A stretch of 32,000 nucleotides of DNA from Mycolicibacterium smegmatis (GCF_001457595.1 NZ_LN831039.1:2460001-2492000), one strand, 5' to 3'; counted from the first letter of the stretch, positions 9,512 through 21,483 are shown. The notes: generated by a model from the sequence alone, not told the origin. Made by a program: numbers and translations.

Positions 9512-9545
9512 AAAAGGCAGCCGGCCCGGAGGCCGGCTGCCTTTT
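9512..9545 (-). terminator. Intrinsic terminator downstream of adhC
   Basis: A perfect 15-bp inverted repeat AAAAGGCAGCCGGCC / GGCCGGCTGCCTTTT surrounds a 4-nt loop (CGGA). It starts 11 nt after the adhC stop. On the minus strand the stem ends in TTTT. Confidence 0.65.
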
Positions 9546-9555
9546 GTGGATGACG

Positions 9556-10605
9556 TCAGCTACGCAGCGACGCGGTGTCGATCACGAAGCGGTAGCGCAC
9601 ATCGCTGGCCAGGACGCGCTCGTAGGCCTCGTTGATGTAGTCGGGGGTGATGATCTCGATCTCCGGCCGGACGTCGTGCTCGGCGCAGAAGTCGAGCATC
9701 TCCTGGGTCTCGGGGATGCCGCCGATCATCGAACCGGTGAGGTTGCGTCGCTGAGCGAGCAGCGGGAACGCCGGGACCTCCATGGGGTGCTCGGGCAGGC
9801 CGAGTTCGACGAGCGCGCCGTCGAGCTTGAGCAGGCCCAGGTAGGCACCGAGGTCCAGGTTCGCCGACACGGTGTTGAGGATCAGGTCGAACGACCCGGC
9901 GAGCTTGTCGAACGTCTCCGGATCGGACGTCGCGTAGTAGGCCGAGGCGCCCAGGCGCAGGCCGTCTTCCATCTTCTTCAGCGACTGGCTGAGCACCGTG
10001 ACATCGGCGCCCATCGCCTTGGCGAGCTTGACGGCCACGTGGCCGAGGCCGCCGAGCCCGATGACGGCGACCTTCTTGCCGGGGCCGGCATTCCAGTGCC
10101 GCAGCGGGGAATAGGTGGTGATGCCCGCACACAGCAGGGGAGCGGCCGCGTCGAGCGGAAGGCTGTCGGGGATGCGCAGCACGTAGTTCTCGTCGACCAC
10201 GATGGCGCCGCTGTAACCGCCGTGGGTCGGGGTGCCGTCGCGGTCGATCGCGTTGTAGGTGCCGACCATGCCGGTGCCGGTGCAGTACTGCTCCAGGCCG
10301 GCCTTGCAGTTGTCGCACTCTCGGCAGGAGTCGACGAAGCAGCCGACGCCGACGCGGTCGCCGACCTTGTACTTGGTGACCTCCGAGCCCACCTCGGTGA
10401 CCACGCCGGCGATCTCGTGACCGGGGACCACGGGGTAGTTCGGGACGCCCCACTCGGCCTTGACGGTGTGGATGTCGGAGTGACAGATGCCTGCGAAGTG
10501 GATGTCGAACGCAACATCGTGCGGACCCACGGCGCGACGGGTGATGGTGGTCTTGGTCAGTGGTTCGGTCGCCGAGGTGGCGGCATACGCGGAAACGGTA
10601 CTCAT
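9556..10605 (-). CDS. adhC: NADP-dependent zinc alcohol dehydrogenase
   Basis: [24 protein letters not shown]...[31 protein letters not shown] and the rest match recalled M. tuberculosis AdhC (Rv3045) almost residue for residue. The GHE, zinc-Cys and GLGGLGH NADP motifs are present. An AAGAGG Shine-Dalgarno sequence lies 6 nt before the ATG. Confidence 0.96.
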   Translation of the reverse strand: MSTVSAYAATSATEPLTKTTITRRAVGPHDVAFDIHFAGICHSDIHTVKAEWGVPNYPVVPGHEIAGVVTEVGSEVTKYKVGDRVGVGCFVDSCRECDNCKAGLEQYCTGTGMVGTYNAIDRDGTPTHGGYSGAIVVDENYVLRIPDSLPLDAAAPLLCAGITTYSPLRHWNAGPGKKVAVIGLGGLGHVAVKLAKAMGADVTVLSQSLKKMEDGLRLGASAYYATSDPETFDKLAGSFDLILNTVSANLDLGAYLGLLKLDGALVELGLPEHPMEVPAFPLLAQRRNLTGSMIGGIPETQEMLDFCAEHDVRPEIEIITPDYINEAYERVLASDVRYRFVIDTASLRS

Positions 10606-10792
10606 GACAGACCTCTTATCGTCGATTCTTCATTACTGCCCGGGACGTTAGTCCAGTTCACGGGTGTCCGCCGCGCGCATCACGTCGCGCGGCACAACAG
10701 AGTGCAACTGAGATTGACGGCGCGGTAATCCCGATATCGACTGTGACGGTGCTCCCTGTCAGGGGCCTGAGAGTCCGCTCCGAGTCGGCCGT

Positions 10793-11068
10793 CTAGAGAC
10801 CGGGTGCGCGGATCGAACCGTTGAACGAGACGCGCTCGTAGCTCACCAGGCCGGCCTGCGAGTAGGGATCGGCTTCGGTGAGCGCCTGCGCGTCCTCGAC
10901 GCTGATGTCGCCGGTGATCAGCACACCGCCGGTCTGCGATTCCTGCCGGCCTGCCAGCAGGATGCGTCCGGCGGCGACCTCGTCGTTCAGCCACGCCACG
11001 TGGGCGGGGCGGGTCTGGTCGACGACGTCGAGCGGTTTCAGGTACGTGAGCGTGAGGACGTGGAACAC
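10793..11068 (-). CDS. YciI-family protein
   Basis: This 91-aa protein reads MFHVLTLTY...RPAHVAWL...GRILLAGR...GGVLITGDISVEDAQALTEADPYSQAGLVSYE, which is the YciI-like pattern. It starts 9 nt after the fecB stop, so it is probably co-transcribed. Confidence 0.7.
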   Translation of the reverse strand: MFHVLTLTYLKPLDVVDQTRPAHVAWLNDEVAAGRILLAGRQESQTGGVLITGDISVEDAQALTEADPYSQAGLVSYERVSFNGSIRAPGL

Positions 11069-11077
11069 CCTGTGAGA

Positions 11078-12151
11078 CTAGTTGATCGGTGCGTTGACCC
11101 AGCGCAGGTCGTCCAGGATCCCGCGAGCGGCCACGATGTTCTGCCCGGTCTGCCACACCTCGTTGTTGACGACGAACACCCGGTTGTCGCGGTTGGCCGA
11201 CAGTTTCCGCCAGGCGTCACCCTTGAGGACCGCGTCGGCCTTGTCCCGCGCGGCCGGTGAGGCGAACGACACGTAGACGATGTCGGCGTCGGCGATCGAG
11301 AAGTCGTCGCTGTCGGCCGGGATCTCCTCATAGGGCTTGTCGGTGAACCGTTGTGCGGCAGGACGATCCAGGCCCACGGCCGCGAGCACGTCGCCCGGGA
11401 AGTTGTCGGCGCCGAACACCCGCACGGTGTTCTCGGTCAGCTGCACCACCGACGCCTGGAAGTGGGCCGCGTCGTTGTCCTCACCGGTCTTGCGGGCGGC
11501 GTCCTCGAACCCGGCGATGAGATCGTCGGCCGCGCCCGCGCGCCCGGTCGCGGCGCCCACGGCGCGTAGCGTGTCGCGCCAGGCCGCGCCGGGCGTCCCG
11601 GTGAACACCGTCGGGGCGATGTCCGACAGTTCACCGAACGCACCGGGCGTCAGCGCGGCCGAACCGAGGATCAGGTCCGGATCCGCGGCCCTGATCGCCG
11701 CGACGTCCGGTGCTGCGCGGTCACCGGCGGGAGGGACGTCGTGCACGACGGTGCCCAAATACGACGGCTGCGCGTCCGAACCGTCGGGCAGCGCCGCGGC
11801 GACGATGCGCGACTGCAGGCCCAGCGCGCACAGCGCGTCGAGTTGGTCGCCCGACAACACGACGATGCGCTGGGGGTCGCCGGCGACCTCGGTGGTCTCG
11901 GCGATGTCGGCGCCGTCGGCCGTCGCGTTGCGGACACGCCGCGGGGCCGGGTCGGCCGCCACGGGCTCGGGTGCGCACGATTCGTCGGGCCTGCGCTGGT
12001 TGCCGAGGACACCCGCGTCGGCGATCTTGGTCACGCTGGTCGTCATGGACGGCTGCGTCACGGGCTGTTCGCCGGAGGTACCGCAGCCACTGATCAGTGA
12101 CGCGGCCGCGGCGATCAGCGCCGTCCCCACCAGCGGTCGGAAGGTCAGCAC
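11078..12151 (-). CDS. fecB: Periplasmic iron-siderophore/Fe(III)-dicitrate binding lipoprotein
   Basis: Its position is equivalent to Rv3044 (between adhC and ctaD, divergent from ctaD). It has the cluster-8 substrate-binding-protein pattern (IVVLSGDQLDALCALGL...DPDLILG...VVNNEVW). I place the start at GTG 12151, which gives the signal peptide VLTFRPLVGTALIAAAASLISGC with lipobox ISGC. The track start at 12292 adds a non-signal Arg-rich extension. Confidence 0.85.
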   Translation of the reverse strand: MLTFRPLVGTALIAAAASLISGCGTSGEQPVTQPSMTTSVTKIADAGVLGNQRRPDESCAPEPVAADPAPRRVRNATADGADIAETTEVAGDPQRIVVLSGDQLDALCALGLQSRIVAAALPDGSDAQPSYLGTVVHDVPPAGDRAAPDVAAIRAADPDLILGSAALTPGAFGELSDIAPTVFTGTPGAAWRDTLRAVGAATGRAGAADDLIAGFEDAARKTGEDNDAAHFQASVVQLTENTVRVFGADNFPGDVLAAVGLDRPAAQRFTDKPYEEIPADSDDFSIADADIVYVSFASPAARDKADAVLKGDAWRKLSANRDNRVFVVNNEVWQTGQNIVAARGILDDLRWVNAPIN

Positions 12152-12279
12152 CGGGCGACGGTAACATTCAGTAACTTTCCGCGCCGTCGCGTCCCGGCTG
12201 CGTGTGCGTTTCCTGCAGGTCAGCGCAGTGGCCGAGACGCCGCACGCCGTGGCCGCACGCCGAATACGACGGTTTGTAG

Positions 12280-14088
<1,809 letters not shown>

Positions 14089-14133
14089 CGCCTTCGCGCC
14101 AACTGGGTGAACAACTGAGAAGGTGACCTGTAG

Positions 14134-15375
<1,242 letters not shown>

Positions 15376-15502
15376 CCGAGATTCGCCTTTCTTTTGCTGA
15401 CGGTGCGCGTGCGCGCTGATGGCGCGGCTTCGGTGGTTTGCGGGTTCGATGAACGCCCTTGCGCGTGCCGTGACCGTCGCAGCGGTGCCGTAGGGTGAGT
15501 TC

Positions 15503-15796
15503 GTGATTACGGTGAAGCATGCGGTCGTGATCGGCGCGTTCGCAGTCGCGGCGGTCGCCGGACAACTGGCGGTCGCGGCTCCAGCCGAGGCCAAACGGTG
15601 CCCGGCGGGCACCGTGGAGAAGTTCGAGGGCGTGTGCATCAAAGGCTCGGGCGGCGGCAGCGTGGCGCCTCCGGTGATGGCGCCCAGCGCGGGCGGCGCG
15701 AAAATCCAGAACCTGCCGGGCCAGTTGCCGAGCGTCAACGGCGTGCCGTGCACCATCGAGCACTACGGCACGTGCCTCGCGATGACCCAGCCCTAG
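15503..15796 (+). CDS. Small secreted protein with two Cys pairs (function unknown)
   Basis: GTG start. The signal peptide is VIGAFAVAAVAGQLAVAAPAEA|K. The mature ~70-aa part has C-x11-C (CPAGTVEKFEGVC) and C-x7-C (CTIEHYGTC) flanking a Gly/Pro/Ala-rich linker. There is no homology support beyond recalling similar small mycobacterial secreted proteins. Confidence 0.55.
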   Translation: MITVKHAVVIGAFAVAAVAGQLAVAAPAEAKRCPAGTVEKFEGVCIKGSGGGSVAPPVMAPSAGGAKIQNLPGQLPSVNGVPCTIEHYGTCLAMTQP

Positions 15797-15797
15797 A

Positions 15798-17237
15798 TCA
15801 GACCACCAGCGCCTGACTCTGTGGCCCGATCGTGCCCGTGATGCTGTGCCACGCGCGCGCCAGCAGTTCGACGGCCTCGGCGAGTTGGGGCTCGGGCAGG
15901 GCGTAGGGCACGCGCACGAAGCGCTCCAGTGTGCCGTCGACCCCGAACCGCGGACCCGCCGGCAGATCGACGCCCATACGTGATGCCGCGGCTGCCAGCG
16001 CCGTGCTCATCGGGGCGGGCAACCGCACCCACAGCGACATCCCGCCGCGGCCGGGCCCTGGCTGCCAGTCCGGCAGGTGTTCGGCGAGCAGCGACACCAG
16101 GGCCTGTCTGCGCGTGCGCAGCAGTTCCCGGCGCTCGCGCAGGATCTGTTCGCGCATCGCCAACAGCCGCGCGGCGGTGAGCTGTTCGAGGACCGGCGTG
16201 CCCAGATCCACCGACGGCCGGATCGCGGCGATCGTGGCCAGCGTGCTGCGCTCGGCGCGGATCCAGCCCACCCGCAGACCGCCCCAGAACGACTTGGACA
16301 TCGAACCGATCGTCAACACCAGATCGTGGCGGCCGACGGATGCGGCGAGCGGCTCGGGTGGTGCGTGGTCGACCCACATGTCGGCGATCGACTCGTCGAT
16401 GATGGTGCGCGTCCGGGTGTCGGAGATGATCTGTCCCAACCGCTTTCGGTCGTCGGGGGCCATCGTGAAACCCGTGGGGTTGTGGTTGTCGGGGATCACG
16501 TAGGCCAGGCTCGGCGCGAGTTGCCGGATGGCGGCGTGGAAGGCGTCGAGTTCCCACCCCGCATCGGTGAGCGCGACCGGTACGGCGCGCGCGCCCGCGG
16601 TCGAGATCGCCGACAGCGCACCGTGATACGTCGGTTGCTCGACGAGTACCCGGTCGCCGGGCTGGGTGTGGGTGGTGAGGATCAGCCCGATCGCGTGTTG
16701 TGCACCGCTGGTCACCATGATCTGCGACGGATCGGTGGGAAGCCCACGCTGACAATATCTTTCGGCAATGGCCTCGCGCAGCGGCGCGGCGCCCATGAGC
16801 TCGTGGCCCGGGCCCTGCAGGTATGCGGTGACATCCTTGGCCGCCTCGGCGAACGCGTCGAGCACAGCGGTGCTCGGTGCGGCCAGTGCGGCCGCGGCCA
16901 GGTTCACCGACGCCTGGGCGGCCTCGATGCGCACCTCGGGCCGCGCGGGCAGCGCTGTGGTGCTCCGCGCGCCCCGGCGGGCGTGCAGATAGCCGTCCTC
17001 GCGCAGCTTCGAGAAGGCCGCGGTGACCGTGGTGCGCGACACCCGCAGTGCATCGGCCAACGCACGCTCGCTGGGCAGACGCGACCCCACGGGCAGGCGC
17101 CCGTCGACGATGAGCAGGCGGATGGCATCGGCCAGTCCGAGGTACGCCGGTCCAGTTTGACTGGACGTCCGCCAGTTGCCGAGTTCGCGCGCCAAAAGGT
17201 CCACATCCAGCGACCGGGCGACCATGGGGCTACTCAT
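15798..17237 (-). CDS. MocR-type regulator (GntR wHTH fused to a fold-type-I PLP aminotransferase-like domain)
   Basis: The N-terminal wHTH is AYLGLADAIRLLIVDGRLPVGSRLPSERALADALRVSRTTVTAAFSKLREDGYL. An AAT-like domain follows, including the PLP-lysine region TIGSMSKSFWGGLRVGW. ATG 17237 (MSSPMVARS) or ATG 17225 is the likely start. The track's GTG 17441 would consume the whole divergent intergenic region. Confidence 0.88.
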   Translation of the reverse strand: MSSPMVARSLDVDLLARELGNWRTSSQTGPAYLGLADAIRLLIVDGRLPVGSRLPSERALADALRVSRTTVTAAFSKLREDGYLHARRGARSTTALPARPEVRIEAAQASVNLAAAALAAPSTAVLDAFAEAAKDVTAYLQGPGHELMGAAPLREAIAERYCQRGLPTDPSQIMVTSGAQHAIGLILTTHTQPGDRVLVEQPTYHGALSAISTAGARAVPVALTDAGWELDAFHAAIRQLAPSLAYVIPDNHNPTGFTMAPDDRKRLGQIISDTRTRTIIDESIADMWVDHAPPEPLAASVGRHDLVLTIGSMSKSFWGGLRVGWIRAERSTLATIAAIRPSVDLGTPVLEQLTAARLLAMREQILRERRELLRTRRQALVSLLAEHLPDWQPGPGRGGMSLWVRLPAPMSTALAAAASRMGVDLPAGPRFGVDGTLERFVRVPYALPEPQLAEAVELLARAWHSITGTIGPQSQALVV

Positions 17238-17243
17238 AATGAG

Positions 17244-17316
17244 GCCAGTATCCGCCAACTGGCTATTGAGGAGCAAGCCAGATCTCAAGATCATGGGTAC
17301 ATGCGTAAGAATTGGC
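17244..17316. promoter_or_regulatory. Candidate MocR operator: four GCCAG/CTGGC-type half-sites in the MocR-yczE intergenic region
   Basis: The half-sites are GCCAGT (17244-17249), ACTGGC (17258-17263, inverted with an 8-bp spacer), GCCAG (17277-17281) and TTGGC (17312-17316). Same-orientation copies are 33 and 53 bp apart, roughly 3 and 5 helical turns. They sit in the least GC-rich part of the intergenic region. Confidence 0.4.
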
Positions 17317-17443
17317 TTTCTCGACTGTCGGTCAAATATCGCCGCGCTTATCAACCGCACCCCCGCACGAGTGCCCGTGACGCGGATGCCCGCCGCGTGC
17401 ACAGCGAACTCGACGCCATCCGCGCGCGATTCCCCGATCACGC

Positions 17444-18139
17444 GTGAGGACCGCGTTGACGCGCGGTGCGCTGCTTTCCGTCGGACTCGTCGGCTACGGC
17501 ACGTCGATGGCCATGATGGTCCGCGCCGGCCTCGGCCTTGACCCGTGGGACGTCTTCCACCAGGGACTCACCCGCCACACCCCGATGACCATCGGTATGG
17601 CGTCGGCCGTGGTGGGCGTCGTGGTGCTGCTGGCCTGGATCCCGCTGCGCAACCGGCCCGGCATCGGCACCGTCGCCAACGTCATCGTGATCGCGGTGAC
17701 CGTCGACGCGGTGCTCGCGATGCTGCCCGCACCGACGGCGATGCCGGTACGTATCGCGATGATGGTGGGCGCGGTGGTGCTCAACGCGATCAGCACCGTG
17801 CTCTACATCGGCGCCGGTCTCGGTCCCGGGCCGCGCGACGGCCTGATGACCGGCCTCGTGGCGCGTACCGGGCTGTCGGTGCGACTCGTCCGCACGTGCA
17901 TCGAGGCCACCGTGCTGGCCGTCGGATGGCTCATGGGCGGGACCGTCGGTGTGGGAACGGTCCTGTACGCCTTCGGGATCGGCCCGCTGGTGCAGTTGTT
18001 CCTCAGACTCACCCCGCGCCGCATCCTGTTCCACGATTTCGGCGCGCCCGGGCGTAACCGGGCGAGCGGCGAGGACATCACTACGATGAGCGGGTGCCCA
18101 CAACCGGAGAAGACGCAGCCGACAACCCAGACCTGCTGA
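17444..18139 (+). CDS. YczE-family polytopic membrane protein
   Basis: VGLVGYGTSMAMMVRAGLGLDPWDVFHQGLTRHTPMTIGMASAVVGVVVLLAW...RPGIGTVANVIVIAV.VD matches the recalled YczE signature (A.LG.SPWDVFH.GL...T.G). It has about six hydrophobic helices and is divergent from a MocR gene, as is typical for this family. Confidence 0.75.
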   Translation: MRTALTRGALLSVGLVGYGTSMAMMVRAGLGLDPWDVFHQGLTRHTPMTIGMASAVVGVVVLLAWIPLRNRPGIGTVANVIVIAVTVDAVLAMLPAPTAMPVRIAMMVGAVVLNAISTVLYIGAGLGPGPRDGLMTGLVARTGLSVRLVRTCIEATVLAVGWLMGGTVGVGTVLYAFGIGPLVQLFLRLTPRRILFHDFGAPGRNRASGEDITTMSGCPQPEKTQPTTQTC

Positions 18140-18942
18140 TCGACTTCGCCAGGGTCACCCTGAGGCGCGGGGGCAACACCCTCGTCGGGCCCATCACCTG
18201 GGCTGTCGAACTCGACGAGCGCTGGGTCGTCATCGGTCCCAACGGCGCAGGCAAGACCTCGCTGTTGCGCATCGCCGCGGCGACCGAACACCCGTCGTCG
18301 GGAACCGCCTACGTACTGGGGGAGCGGCTGGGCCGCACCGACATGGCCGAACTGCGTTCGCGCGTCGGCCTGAGCAGCTCGGCTCTGTCGCAACGGATTC
18401 CCGACGACGAGATCGTCCGCGACCTCGTCGTGTCGGCCGGGTACGCGGTGCTCGGGCGGTGGCGCGAGCAGTACGACGACGTCGACTACGAGCAGGCCGT
18501 GAACATGCTCGAAAGCGTCGGCGCCGAGCACCTCGCCGAACGCCGGTACGGCACCCTGTCGGAGGGCGAACGCAAACGCGTCCTGATCGCCCGGTCGCTC
18601 ATGACCGACCCGGAACTCCTGCTGCTCGACGAGCCCGCGGCCGGGCTCGACCTCGGCGGCCGCGAGGACCTCGTGGCCCGTCTCACCGACCTCGCCGCCG
18701 ACCCCGATGCACCGGCCATGGTGCTCGTGACGCACCATGTCGAGGAGATCCCGGTCGGGTTCAGCCACGGCTTGATCCTGTCCGAGGGCAAGGTGGTGGC
18801 CTCCGGCCTGCTCACCGACGTGCTGACGTCCGAGAACCTGTCCAAGGCATTCGGCCAGGCCATCGCCCTCGAGGTGATCGACGGACGGTACTTCGCGCGC
18901 CGGGTGAGGAGCCGGGCAGCGCACAGGAGGCGAAATGACTGA
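18094..18942 (+). CDS. Stand-alone ABC-type ATPase (Rv3041c-like; single NBD, no fused or adjacent canonical permease)
   Basis: It has Walker A GPNGAGKTS, signature LSEGERKRV, Walker B LLLLDEP and an H-loop LVTHH. GTG 18094 is the only in-frame start upstream of Walker A. It overlaps the yczE 3' end by 46 nt. Confidence 0.9.
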   Translation: MPTTGEDAADNPDLLIDFARVTLRRGGNTLVGPITWAVELDERWVVIGPNGAGKTSLLRIAAATEHPSSGTAYVLGERLGRTDMAELRSRVGLSSSALSQRIPDDEIVRDLVVSAGYAVLGRWREQYDDVDYEQAVNMLESVGAEHLAERRYGTLSEGERKRVLIARSLMTDPELLLLDEPAAGLDLGGREDLVARLTDLAADPDAPAMVLVTHHVEEIPVGFSHGLILSEGKVVASGLLTDVLTSENLSKAFGQAIALEVIDGRYFARRVRSRAAHRRRND

Positions 18943-19756
18943 CGACCCGCTCATCCCGCGGCCCGCCGCGACGGTGATGCTGATCCGCGACGTGCAACGC
19001 TGCGGACGCACGGATCTCGAGGTGTTCCTGATGCGCAGGCACGCCGCGATGGACTTCGTCGCCGGCGTGATGGTGTTCCCGGGCGGTGGCGTCGACGACC
19101 GTGACCGCAACGCCGACATCGCGTGGTACGGACCCGAGCCGTCATGGTGGGCCCAGCGCCTCGGCGTCGACGAAGGACTGGCCGAGGCGCTCGTGTGCGC
19201 CGCGGCGCGTGAGACGTTCGAGGAGTCCGGCGTGCTGTTCGCCGGCCCCCAGAACGGGTCCGGTGACCCCGGCATCATCGCCGACGCGTCGGTGTACGGC
19301 GACGCGCGCGCGGCCCTGGCCAACCACTCGCTGTCGTTCGCCGACTTCCTGCGCGACGAGAAGCTGGTGCTGCGGGCCGACCTGCTGCGGCCGTGGGCCA
19401 ACTGGGTGACGCCCAAAGAGGAGCGCACACGGCGCTACGACACGTATTTCTTCGTCGCGGCCCTCCCGGAGGGCCAGCGCGCCGACGGCGAGAACACCGA
19501 GACCGACCGGGCGTTCTGGTGCACACCGAAAGCCGGGCTCGACGACTTCGAGGCGGGGAACACCTTCCTGCTGCCGCCGACCTGGACGCAACTGGACTCT
19601 CTCGACGGCCGCACGGTGGCCGAGGTACTGGCGGTCGAACGCAAGATCGTGACGATCGAGCCCAGCCTGTCGACCGAGGGCAACAACTGGGAGATCGAAT
19701 ACTTCGACAGCGGGCGCTACAACGCTGCACGCAAGCATCGGTCGCCCGGGCAATGA
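18935..19756 (+). CDS. Nudix-family hydrolase (Rv3040c-like)
   Basis: The Nudix box core is [13 protein letters not shown] (REUxEExGU). The ATG lies 4 nt behind a GGAGG sequence embedded in the ABC gene, and the two genes overlap by 8 nt. Confidence 0.85.
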   Translation: MTDDPLIPRPAATVMLIRDVQRCGRTDLEVFLMRRHAAMDFVAGVMVFPGGGVDDRDRNADIAWYGPEPSWWAQRLGVDEGLAEALVCAAARETFEESGVLFAGPQNGSGDPGIIADASVYGDARAALANHSLSFADFLRDEKLVLRADLLRPWANWVTPKEERTRRYDTYFFVAALPEGQRADGENTETDRAFWCTPKAGLDDFEAGNTFLLPPTWTQLDSLDGRTVAEVLAVERKIVTIEPSLSTEGNNWEIEYFDSGRYNAARKHRSPGQ

Positions 19757-20460
19757 ACGAGTTCATCAAGATCGTCCTCGGTTCCGCGCCCGAGCAGACG
19801 GGCGTGGCCACGCTGCTGTTGTCGCGGCCCCCGACGAACGCGCTGACCCGCCAGATGTACCGCGAGATCTCCATCGCCGCGAACGAGCTCGCCCAGCGCG
19901 CCGACGTGTCGTCGGTGATCGTCTACGGCGGCCACGAGATCTTCTGCGCGGGCGACGACATCCCCGAACTGCGCACCCTCGACGCCGAGGAGACCGCGGC
20001 GGCTGACCACGCGCTGCAGCGCTGCATCGAGGCCGTGGCCGCCATCCCCAAACCCACGGTCGCGGCCGTCACCGGGTACGCGCTCGGCAGCGGGATGAAC
20101 CTGGCGCTGGCCGCGGACTGGCGGGTGAGCGGCGACAACGCCAAGTTCGGCGCCACCGAGATCCTGGCGGGGCTGGCACCGCGCGGCGGCGGCGGGGTAC
20201 GCCTGGCGGACGCCATCGGGACCAGCAAGGCCAAGGAGCTCGTGTTCAGCGGCCGGTTCGTCGGCGCCGAGGAAGCGCTCGAGATCGGCCTGGTCGACGA
20301 GATGGTGGCACCCGACCACGTCTACGAGGCCGCGCTCGCGTGGGCCCGCCGGTTCTCCGACCATCCGGTCGACGTGCTGGCCGCCGCGAAAGCCTCCCTC
20401 AACGGGCCGGTCAACTGGCGGGGCCCCCGCCCGACCGATCGGATGGTGGACCGGCCCTGA
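19753..20460 (+). CDS. echA17: Enoyl-CoA hydratase/isomerase (crotonase fold)
   Basis: Its position is equivalent to Rv3039c. Oxyanion-hole motifs are FCAGDD and [15 protein letters not shown], and both catalytic-type Glu contexts are present ([10 protein letters not shown] and AKELVF). The start is ATG 19753, in an ATGA overlap with the Nudix stop. The track's 19393 start is an out-of-gene extension. Confidence 0.88.
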   Translation: MNEFIKIVLGSAPEQTGVATLLLSRPPTNALTRQMYREISIAANELAQRADVSSVIVYGGHEIFCAGDDIPELRTLDAEETAAADHALQRCIEAVAAIPKPTVAAVTGYALGSGMNLALAADWRVSGDNAKFGATEILAGLAPRGGGGVRLADAIGTSKAKELVFSGRFVGAEEALEIGLVDEMVAPDHVYEAALAWARRFSDHPVDVLAAAKASLNGPVNWRGPRPTDRMVDRP

Positions 20461-20471
20461 CCGGGACACCG

Positions 20472-20491
20472 GGGCGGCCATTAGGCTGCCC
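20472..20491 (+). other. Intra-operon RNA hairpin immediately upstream of the methyltransferase start codon
   Basis: GGGCGGCC-atta-GGCTGCCC forms an 8-bp stem with one G.U pair and a 4-nt loop. It ends 3 nt before ATG 20495. There is no U-tract. Confidence 0.3.
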
Positions 20492-20494
20492 TGC

Positions 20495-21475
20495 ATGACG
20501 GAAATCAGGGACGCCGCCGACCCGGCTCCGAACCCGCACGCCACGGCCGAAGAGGTCGAAGCCGCGATGCACGACAGCAAGCTGGCTCAGGTCCTCTACC
20601 ACGACTGGGAGGCCGAGACCTACGACGAGAAGTGGTCGATCTCGTACGACCAGCGCTGCATCGACTACGCGCGCGGCCGGTTCGACGCCATCGTGCCCGA
20701 GGACGAGCAGCGCAAACTGCCGTACGACCGGGCCCTCGAGCTGGGCTGCGGCACCGGGTTCTTCCTGCTCAACCTCATCCAGTCCGGCGTGGCGCGTCGC
20801 GGTTCGGTCACCGACCTGTCGCCCGGCATGGTCAAGGTGGCCACCCGCAACGGCCAGTCGCTGGGCCTCGACATCGACGGCCGCGTCGCCGACGCCGAAG
20901 GAATCCCGTACGAGGACGACACGTTCGACCTGGTCGTCGGGCATGCCGTGCTGCACCACATCCCCGACGTCGAACTGTCGCTGCGCGAGGTCGTACGCAT
21001 CCTCAAGCCGGGCGGACGGTTCGTGTTCGCCGGCGAACCCACCACGGTGGGCAACCGGTACGCCCGCGAGCTGTCGACCCTGACGTGGCACGCGACCACG
21101 AACCTGACCAAGCTGCCGTTCCTGAGCGGCTGGCGGCGGCCCCAGGAAGAGCTCGACGAGTCCTCACGCGCGGCCGCCCTCGAGGCCGTCGTCGACCTGC
21201 ACACGTTCGATCCGGCGGACCTGGAGCGCATGGCCACCAACGCCGGTGCGGTCGAGGTGCGCACCGCCAGCGAGGAATTCACCGCCGCCATGCTGGGCTG
21301 GCCGGTCCGCACGTTCGAGGCCGCGGTGCCGCCGGGCCGTCTGGGCTGGGGCTGGGCCAAGTTCGCGTTCAACAGCTGGACCACGCTGAGCTGGGTGGAC
21401 GCCAACGTCTGGCGCAAGGTCGTGCCGAAGGGCTGGTTCTACAACGTCATGGTCACGGGGGTCAAACCCTCCTGA
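20495..21475 (+). CDS. Class I SAM-dependent methyltransferase (Rv3038c-like)
   Basis: SAM motif I is LELGCGTGFFLLNL. An acidic loop (SVTDLSPGM) and ILKPGGRFVFAGEP are typical of Methyltransf_11/25-type enzymes. Confidence 0.88.
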   Translation: MTEIRDAADPAPNPHATAEEVEAAMHDSKLAQVLYHDWEAETYDEKWSISYDQRCIDYARGRFDAIVPEDEQRKLPYDRALELGCGTGFFLLNLIQSGVARRGSVTDLSPGMVKVATRNGQSLGLDIDGRVADAEGIPYEDDTFDLVVGHAVLHHIPDVELSLREVVRILKPGGRFVFAGEPTTVGNRYARELSTLTWHATTNLTKLPFLSGWRRPQEELDESSRAAALEAVVDLHTFDPADLERMATNAGAVEVRTASEEFTAAMLGWPVRTFEAAVPPGRLGWGWAKFAFNSWTTLSWVDANVWRKVVPKGWFYNVMVTGVKPS

Positions 21476-21483
21476 GCCCTGGG

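Noticed and set aside
10670-10693. GC hairpin GCCGCGCG-catcacgt-CGCGCGGC between the YciI gene and adhC as a terminator
   Set aside because: It has an 8-bp stem but no U-tract on the transcribed (minus) strand and lies in the adhC promoter region. The function is undecidable from sequence. I note it but do not call it a feature.
17238-17441. 68-codon N-terminal extension of the MocR ORF up to GTG 17441
   Set aside because: It would leave 2 nt between divergent start codons and put about 70 residues in front of a wHTH that normally sits at the extreme N-terminus. The extension covers the AT-richer regulatory region. The absence of stops there looks fortuitous.
17803-19428. 541-aa minus-strand ORF antisense to yczE / ABC ATPase / Nudix
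   Set aside because: It crosses three plus-strand genes that carry clear Walker/Nudix motifs. It has no motifs of its own.
20632-21483. N-terminal 284 codons of the 671-aa track ORF (20632..22647)
   Set aside because: This part is merely an open alternate frame inside the Rv3038c-like methyltransferase gene, with R/P/G/A-rich nonsense. The real gene starts at GTG 21484, just after the upstream stop.
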